A stretch of 64,000 nucleotides of DNA from a virus: IMG/VR virus record IMGVR_UViG_3300034101_003424, positions 28,767 to 92,766 of that record. The stretch is one strand, 5' to 3'. Each line of letters opens with the position of its first letter. The stretch's first letter is position 1. Shown one piece after another: positions 59,229 through 64,000 of this stretch. Made by a program: the position numbers and the translations under genes. The notes under the pieces were generated by a model. That model worked only from the letters and a program-made list of their open reading frames with translations, searched no databases and was not told where the DNA came from.

Positions 59229-59936
59229 TTAATGGATTACATTGTAAATATTCTTAGCTTTCTTTCCACCTTCGCACAACCCACATTTAGCGCAGCTTAC
59301 TTGCTTCTCCTTTGCTATGGTTGGCGCTGATGGACAAAGTATAGCACCTTCAACCTCACTGGCATTGTAAGACCTAAAACCAAGGCCTTCGGCTAATTTT
59401 ACATCAAAGATATTGTGCGTACTTGCCATTAGGTATTTTGCATATTGCTTATTCTCTGGTTTGTGCCATTGGTGAGTATAGCCCGAAACCTTGCCAACCA
59501 AAGGCCTTATTTGTTCTAGCAATTCAAAAGGTAATAAGGTAGGCTCCCCATACGTTCCCATGCGAGCAAAGGATATCTTAACCTTTTTTGTGACGTTCGT
59601 AATTTGTTCCATTACGCCTTCCGTTCCTTCCGGAATTAATCCGTTATCCAAACGCTTTTTTAAGGCTTTTAATTTTGCTATTAATCCCCAAGCTAAAGAT
59701 CCGTTCGCATGGGTATAGCAACCGCCTGACTTTCCACCGTTTGCATTATAAGAGAACTTACAATCAAAGCATACCTTAGAGTCATTTTTTAGGGTAGCCT
59801 CATTAACCTGGTCAATAGAAAAATGATAGGTTTGTAGGATAATTTCGCCTTTTTGAGCGAGCTTAGGAGTGGCGCTAGGCTTGATATCTATGCAATGGAT
59901 AACGTCACCTAATCTAAAATTAATTTGCTTAAGCAT
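59229..59936 (-). CDS. Cys-rich phage protein (Gp88/radical-SAM-related, tentative)
   Basis: C..C...CY, R.G.YGEP, GYTHQW, CP...C..CGLC. Confidence 0.55.
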   Translation of the reverse strand: MLKQINFRLGDVIHCIDIKPSATPKLAQKGEIILQTYHFSIDQVNEATLKNDSKVCFDCKFSYNANGGKSGGCYTHANGSLAWGLIAKLKALKKRLDNGLIPEGTEGVMEQITNVTKKVKISFARMGTYGEPTLLPFELLEQIRPLVGKVSGYTHQWHKPENKQYAKYLMASTHNIFDVKLAEGLGFRSYNASEVEGAILCPSAPTIAKEKQVSCAKCGLCEGGKKAKNIYNVIH

Positions 59937-59956
59937 AACTTGTGTATTTAAGTGGT

Positions 59957-60245
59957 AAAGAATATGTCGCAAAGATAAAGAGTATTTTTCTATTTTCCAA
60001 ATTTAAGACAAACTTTTTTTAAATTAATTTTTGCCTCTCTAATTACCCTCTCTCTTTATAACACTGCAAAGATAAGCATAAAAACAATACCTAGTAGTTA
60101 ATAGAGTGTTAATGTTTTCTCTATTATAGTTAAGGAAAAGTTAAGATCCGCGCCTGCAAAAATTACTCAGGCAGGGCTTTGCCCTGCCCTGAGCGAAATT
60201 CACTGACATGAAAGATCCCTCCCGGAGTTAACCAGGAGGGTTTTT
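59957..60245. repeat. Long intergenic repeat (copies 61757-62050, partial 63690-63880, diverged 56980-57320)
   Basis: Near-identical blocks with two promoters, phased GTTAA, palindrome and second hairpin. Confidence 0.85.
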
Positions 60246-60247
60246 AT

Positions 60248-60724
60248 TTACGAGTGCATATTAACTAAGACAACAAAGGTAAGTTCGCCATCACAACCTA
60301 AGTCAGTAATGCCAGGCTCATCAATATACCCATCATAAAATGTATCTGACCATATATCAATTTTAGTAGGGTCTGAAAGAGATGATATTTCAGCTTGCTC
60401 TTTGCAATATTTGGAAGCAAGCGTCCAATCAAAAGACTTAACTAATACAGTACTTCCTAAATTAGACACCTTGAGGAATGCTTGCTTATAGTAATCATTT
60501 ACCTCTGTTAAGAAATCAAATCTATTTGGGTCATTGAGTAATTCATCCTTAGTTATCCATTTCTCATCAAAAGATTCAGAGAATGATTTGTCTTCTTTGC
60601 AATGAGAACCCATGATAGTAAACCAATTATTCTCTGTACCCCAATCAAATAGATAGTCTTCAACAATGCCAATAGCGTCGGAATGAGAATCAGCTTTTGT
60701 TCTAATTAAATGCAGATTGTGCAT
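60248..60724 (-). CDS. Hypothetical early protein
   Basis: 158-aa ORF with leader box. Confidence 0.65.
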   Translation of the reverse strand: MHNLHLIRTKADSHSDAIGIVEDYLFDWGTENNWFTIMGSHCKEDKSFSESFDEKWITKDELLNDPNRFDFLTEVNDYYKQAFLKVSNLGSTVLVKSFDWTLASKYCKEQAEISSLSDPTKIDIWSDTFYDGYIDEPGITDLGCDGELTFVVLVNMHS

Positions 60725-60753
60725 AATTTTAAAATTTTAAGTGGTGATTAATA

Positions 60754-60918
60754 TTACTTACTTTTTAATTCCAAATACCTATCCTCCGGAACAAAGTAAG
60801 CAGAAGAGCCTATATTAGCTAAATGTTCCATGTCGTTCATTAATATACATTCATCAAACCATTCCACATCCATTAACATTTGACTTTCAGGCCAACAAAC
60901 TAAAACATATTTTTCCAT
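60754..60918 (-). CDS. Small phage protein
   Basis: Start moved to MEKYVLVCWPESQ...GSSAYFVP. Confidence 0.65.
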   Translation of the reverse strand: MEKYVLVCWPESQMLMDVEWFDECILMNDMEHLANIGSSAYFVPEDRYLELKSK

Positions 60919-61006
60919 TGTTAAAATATTTAAAGTGGTTAATAATCTTATGCAAAAATAGGGGGAACATTTTACATTTCCAAACATTCCCCCACATTTT
61001 TTTAAA

Positions 61007-61732
61007 TTAATTTGCAAACTCCATAGAAAGATTGGCTAACCTCTCATTGATAATTGCAGTCTTGTTAGGGTCTTTCAAGGCAGAATACTTTCTCCTACCT
61101 GCAAACCCATTAATCAATTTTTCTTGAAGACGATTCTGAATAGCCCAAAGCGTATTATCATCATCTGCGAACCTTTCTGACGCAAGTAATACCTTAGCCT
61201 CATTTTCTGTAAAGGCTCTCTTAAAACGCAAAGCAGCAGCCTTCATGGCAAATTCAATAGCCTTTTCTTCGGTCAAGTTTACAGACATTTGCTGCAATAC
61301 GTATTCCTCAAGTTTAGGTAACAAATCAAAAAAGTTGGCTACGATTTCACCCGATATAACTTTCTCTGAAATATCCATAGCTTTCTTTCCGAAATGCCTT
61401 ACTTTGAAAATCTTAGATTCAAATCTTGAGTCAGAGACCGTTAGTCCGTTTGAGCATACTAATCTGAATATTCCCATTGAACATTCAAACCCAACCGTTC
61501 CGTCAAACGAATTGCGGATAACAACTTCGGGATATAAAGTTTCACCTTTCAAGATTAATTCCTTATTGTACCTCATTCTAATAAGGTGCGCGGAACTTTT
61601 AGCGCCTTTCTTTTTAGTCTGAAAGCCTGAAAGATGAAAGCCATTAGACTGAAGGTCATTAATCAATTTTTGTGAGCTGATAGCTACATACTTCGCGCTT
61701 AGATTTGCGCTTTTTACTTCTGAAAGAATCAT
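61007..61732 (-). CDS. DUF932/DUF945-like protein
   Basis: H..R, NSFDG, FRLVCSNGL, LW...N..QE.LI.G. Confidence 0.75.
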   Translation of the reverse strand: MILSEVKSANLSAKYVAISSQKLINDLQSNGFHLSGFQTKKKGAKSSAHLIRMRYNKELILKGETLYPEVVIRNSFDGTVGFECSMGIFRLVCSNGLTVSDSRFESKIFKVRHFGKKAMDISEKVISGEIVANFFDLLPKLEEYVLQQMSVNLTEEKAIEFAMKAAALRFKRAFTENEAKVLLASERFADDDNTLWAIQNRLQEKLINGFAGRRKYSALKDPNKTAIINERLANLSMEFAN

Positions 61733-62064
61733 AGTTTTTAAAAATTTAAAGTGGTTAAGAATCTGATGCAAAGATAAAGAGTAATTTTCTATTTTCCAAA
61801 TTTAAGGCAAACTTTTTTTAAATTAATTTTCTGCCTTTCTAATTACCCTCTCTCTTTATAACACTGCAAAGATAAGCATAAAAACAATACATAGTAGTTA
61901 AAGGAGTGTTAATGTTTTCCCTATTATAGTTAAGGAAATGTTAAGATTCGGATCCACGAAATTTACTCAGGCAGGGCTTTGCCCTGCCCTGAGCGAAATT
62001 CACTGGCATGACAAATCCCCGACGGACACTAAATCCGACGGGGCAAAAAACAAGTCATGTATTC

Positions 62065-62292
62065 TTATCTGAGCTTTGCTTTGAAGTACTTAAAAACTTC
62101 GGGGATATGTTTCTTATAGTATGGTTGATTATCCTTAAGCCACTCTTTTAGTTCTTTGTCGTCCTTAAAAGGTGCTGTCCAGGAATGACCGTTAAATGAG
62201 ATACAATTAGAAACAATTCTATTAAACGTGGGTTCTAGTTCATTGATAAAATCTTGAACAGTCCAACCTTCCCAAATATGCTTATTATTCAT
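62065..62292 (-). CDS. Hypothetical early protein
   Basis: IWEGWTVQDFI...NQPYYKKHIPEV; start moved to MNNKH. Confidence 0.65.
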   Translation of the reverse strand: MNNKHIWEGWTVQDFINELEPTFNRIVSNCISFNGHSWTAPFKDDKELKEWLKDNQPYYKKHIPEVFKYFKAKLR

Positions 62293-62387
62293 TTTACTTT
62301 TTTTAAGTTTTTCGCGGGGATTAATATGTTTCAAAGATAGGGAGAACATTTTACATTTCCAAACATTCTCCCATCTTTTTTTAAATT

Positions 62388-62813
62388 CTATCCATATACA
62401 ATTTCATTAAGAAATACAGTCTGCAAAACAACATCCCCAGTAACTGCATCATCATTTTCATTTATCATATCTAACAGATGATCTAAAGGAACATTCTTAA
62501 CTCTCTCGTGAACGTCAGCGAGGTTTATGGAATTGAAGAAGTTAATATCTTCTAACTCGCTGCCATCTTCTTCAATTGTCAGGAAATTCCCGTCCCTGAG
62601 AATCTGCATCAATATGTCTTCGTAGCATATAGCTTGAAACTCTGAGGAATCACTAGTCAAGTTAGCCTTGGCATTTTTGTAGTGTTCATGAGCGTATCCT
62701 ACGGACAGGCCGTATCCTGAACACATATAATCCAATGAATTACATAAAGCATTGAAAAAAATCTCTTCGCTCAATTCATTTGTAAGCGAAATTTTTAAAC
62801 CTTCTTTGTTCAT
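62388..62813 (-). CDS. Hypothetical early protein
   Basis: DDA..GD..LQ...NEIVYG C-terminus. Confidence 0.65.
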   Translation of the reverse strand: MNKEGLKISLTNELSEEIFFNALCNSLDYMCSGYGLSVGYAHEHYKNAKANLTSDSSEFQAICYEDILMQILRDGNFLTIEEDGSELEDINFFNSINLADVHERVKNVPLDHLLDMINENDDAVTGDVVLQTVFLNEIVYG

Positions 62814-62855
62814 TTTTTAAGTATTTAAGTGGTGATTAAGATATTGAAATTCTAC

Positions 62856-63083
62856 TTATCTGTTTTCCATAATTTGACTAATCATAATATCCATTGCTTC
62901 CTTATGCGTGAGAATGTTTCCAAACTCTAACATACTTTCTTCATCATAATATACTCCATTTCTATCATTCCATTTCAGCCAACTAATTAGGCTTTCCCTT
63001 GTCCATTTGCTTAACTCCTCTCTTAATTGCAACTCATTCATAGAATCATCTAAAATTCCATAAAAATTATGTCTTGTTTCCAT
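62856..63083 (-). CDS. Hypothetical early protein
   Basis: WL.WNDRNGVY.D; start moved to METR. Confidence 0.6.
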   Translation of the reverse strand: METRHNFYGILDDSMNELQLREELSKWTRESLISWLKWNDRNGVYYDEESMLEFGNILTHKEAMDIMISQIMENR

Positions 63084-63165
63084 AGATACTTTATTTAAGT
63101 GGTGATTAATATAAGGCAAAGATAAGGGGAATATTTAACATATCCAAACATTCCCCTCACATTTT

Positions 63166-63660
63166 TTACGCTAATTGAAAAATTTCTTTTGCTTTTAAAG
63201 ACTGAATACAATCAAGCTCAATCATTCTCAATTCAAAGGTATTAGATTCCGTTTCCGGTTCTATTTCCTGCATTCTCTTAACTAAGGCTAATCGGTTCCG
63301 TTCTGTCGTTGCGTCCGGAAATCCCCATTTAACCTGCTTTCCTGGAATTAAGAACACGCGTAGAAATCTCTTAAGGTTCTTTGGATTGTCGAATAAATGC
63401 CCTTTGCTATCCAACGCTCTAGCCCAACCCGGATTAATAGCCACGCCTTCGCCTTCTCTATTCTCTAATCTTGTTTTGTAGGTGCTACCCAACTGACAAG
63501 TACGGAAAGTAATACAACGCACTTCTTCGCGTGTAATACCATTGGCAGCCAACCAACCATAGGTTAATTTTTTTGCTACCTTATCTGCTGATGACTCATA
63601 CTGGATAGCGGCAAACGTGTTTTTAGGCGATAAGCCCTCGATGAAATTTAGAATACTCAT
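63166..63660 (-). CDS. Hypothetical early protein
   Basis: 164-aa ORF after cassette. Confidence 0.6.
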   Translation of the reverse strand: MSILNFIEGLSPKNTFAAIQYESSADKVAKKLTYGWLAANGITREEVRCITFRTCQLGSTYKTRLENREGEGVAINPGWARALDSKGHLFDNPKNLKRFLRVFLIPGKQVKWGFPDATTERNRLALVKRMQEIEPETESNTFELRMIELDCIQSLKAKEIFQLA

Positions 63661-63894
63661 AAGACTTGTTGATTAAGTAGTTTAAAATTATGATACAAAG
63701 ATAAGCATAAAAACAACACATAGTAGTTAAGGTAGTGTTAATGTTTTCCCTATTTTAGTTAAAGAAATGTTAAGATCCGGATCCGCAAAATTTACTCAGG
63801 CAGGGCTTTGCCCTGCCTTAGCGAAATTCACTGGCATGAAAGATCCCCGACGGACACTAAATCCGACGGGGCTAAAAAACAAGTTATTATATTT

Positions 63895-63999
63895 TTAGTA
63901 GTTTATGCCTCCTTCGCATCTACCGTTATTAAAAATTTGGTCGTCGCTTGGGTCTTCGTCGTAAATTGTTAGTATGTAATTTACAAAGTTTTCTAAGTC
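63895..63999 (-). CDS. 3' end of a gene entering from the right edge (partial)
   Basis: DLENFVNYIL...GGINY* read manually. Confidence 0.45.
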   Translation of the reverse strand, partial: DLENFVNYILTIYDEDPSDDQIFNNGRCEGGINY

Positions 64000-64000
64000 C

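Larger units (their letters stand above)
52720..63720 (-). promoter_or_regulatory. About 21 repeated early-promoter cassettes (TTAAC repeats, inverted repeat, TATCTTTGCA, ACCACTTAAA leader)
   Basis: + strand (g)caaagata near 52746, 53221, 54344, 54671, 54954, 55528, 56328, 56987, 57110, 57711, 58013, 58659, 59174, 59969, 60066, 60952, 61768, 61866, 62332, 63116, 63696; matches Bacteroidetes TAnnTTTG (-7), often with TTG/TTTG near -33. Confidence 0.85.

Noticed and set aside
52720-63880. Integron attC sites or IS/MITE ends
   Set aside because: No integrase or transposase and no target-site duplications seen; the repeats are explained by promoter consensus plus hairpin.
1-64000. Stop-codon reassignment
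   Set aside because: Long recognisable genes are intact under the standard code, and TAA, TAG and TGA all terminate genes.

Overview
AT-rich fragment of a large (probably jumbo) dsDNA phage. The host is inferred to be a Bacteroidetes bacterium, from about 30 TAnnTTTG promoters and A-rich leaders without Shine-Dalgarno sites. 1.8-30 kb (+ strand): a virion/tail-fibre module with collagen-like fibres, S74-type chaperone domains and six 6-bladed Kelch-like propeller domains, interleaved with 2OG-Fe(II) oxygenases, glycosyltransferases and sulfotransferases, followed by an amidase and two ParB-like proteins. 30-64 kb (- strand): ThyX, a PAP2 phosphatase, RNA ligase, phosphoesterase, kinase, exonuclease, epimerase, two cytosine-MTase-like proteins and many small early genes, most with their own promoter-hairpin cassette. 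Most unusual observations: (1) an array of 21 translationally coupled paralogous mini-genes (42945-47010) encoding QVxxQV helical peptides, directly upstream of a DUF6745-like gene that appears to lack this repeat segment, plus its usual partner gene; (2) six tRNA-shaped elements with covarying acceptor and T stems but no anticodon arm, one with a nested tRNA minihelix; (3) three seed-plus-terminator units complementary to an ACCACTTAAA box in about 20 early-gene leaders; (4) a strand-polarised GCGGGG motif followed by A/C-rich tracts. All family names come from motif recognition by eye, not database searches.
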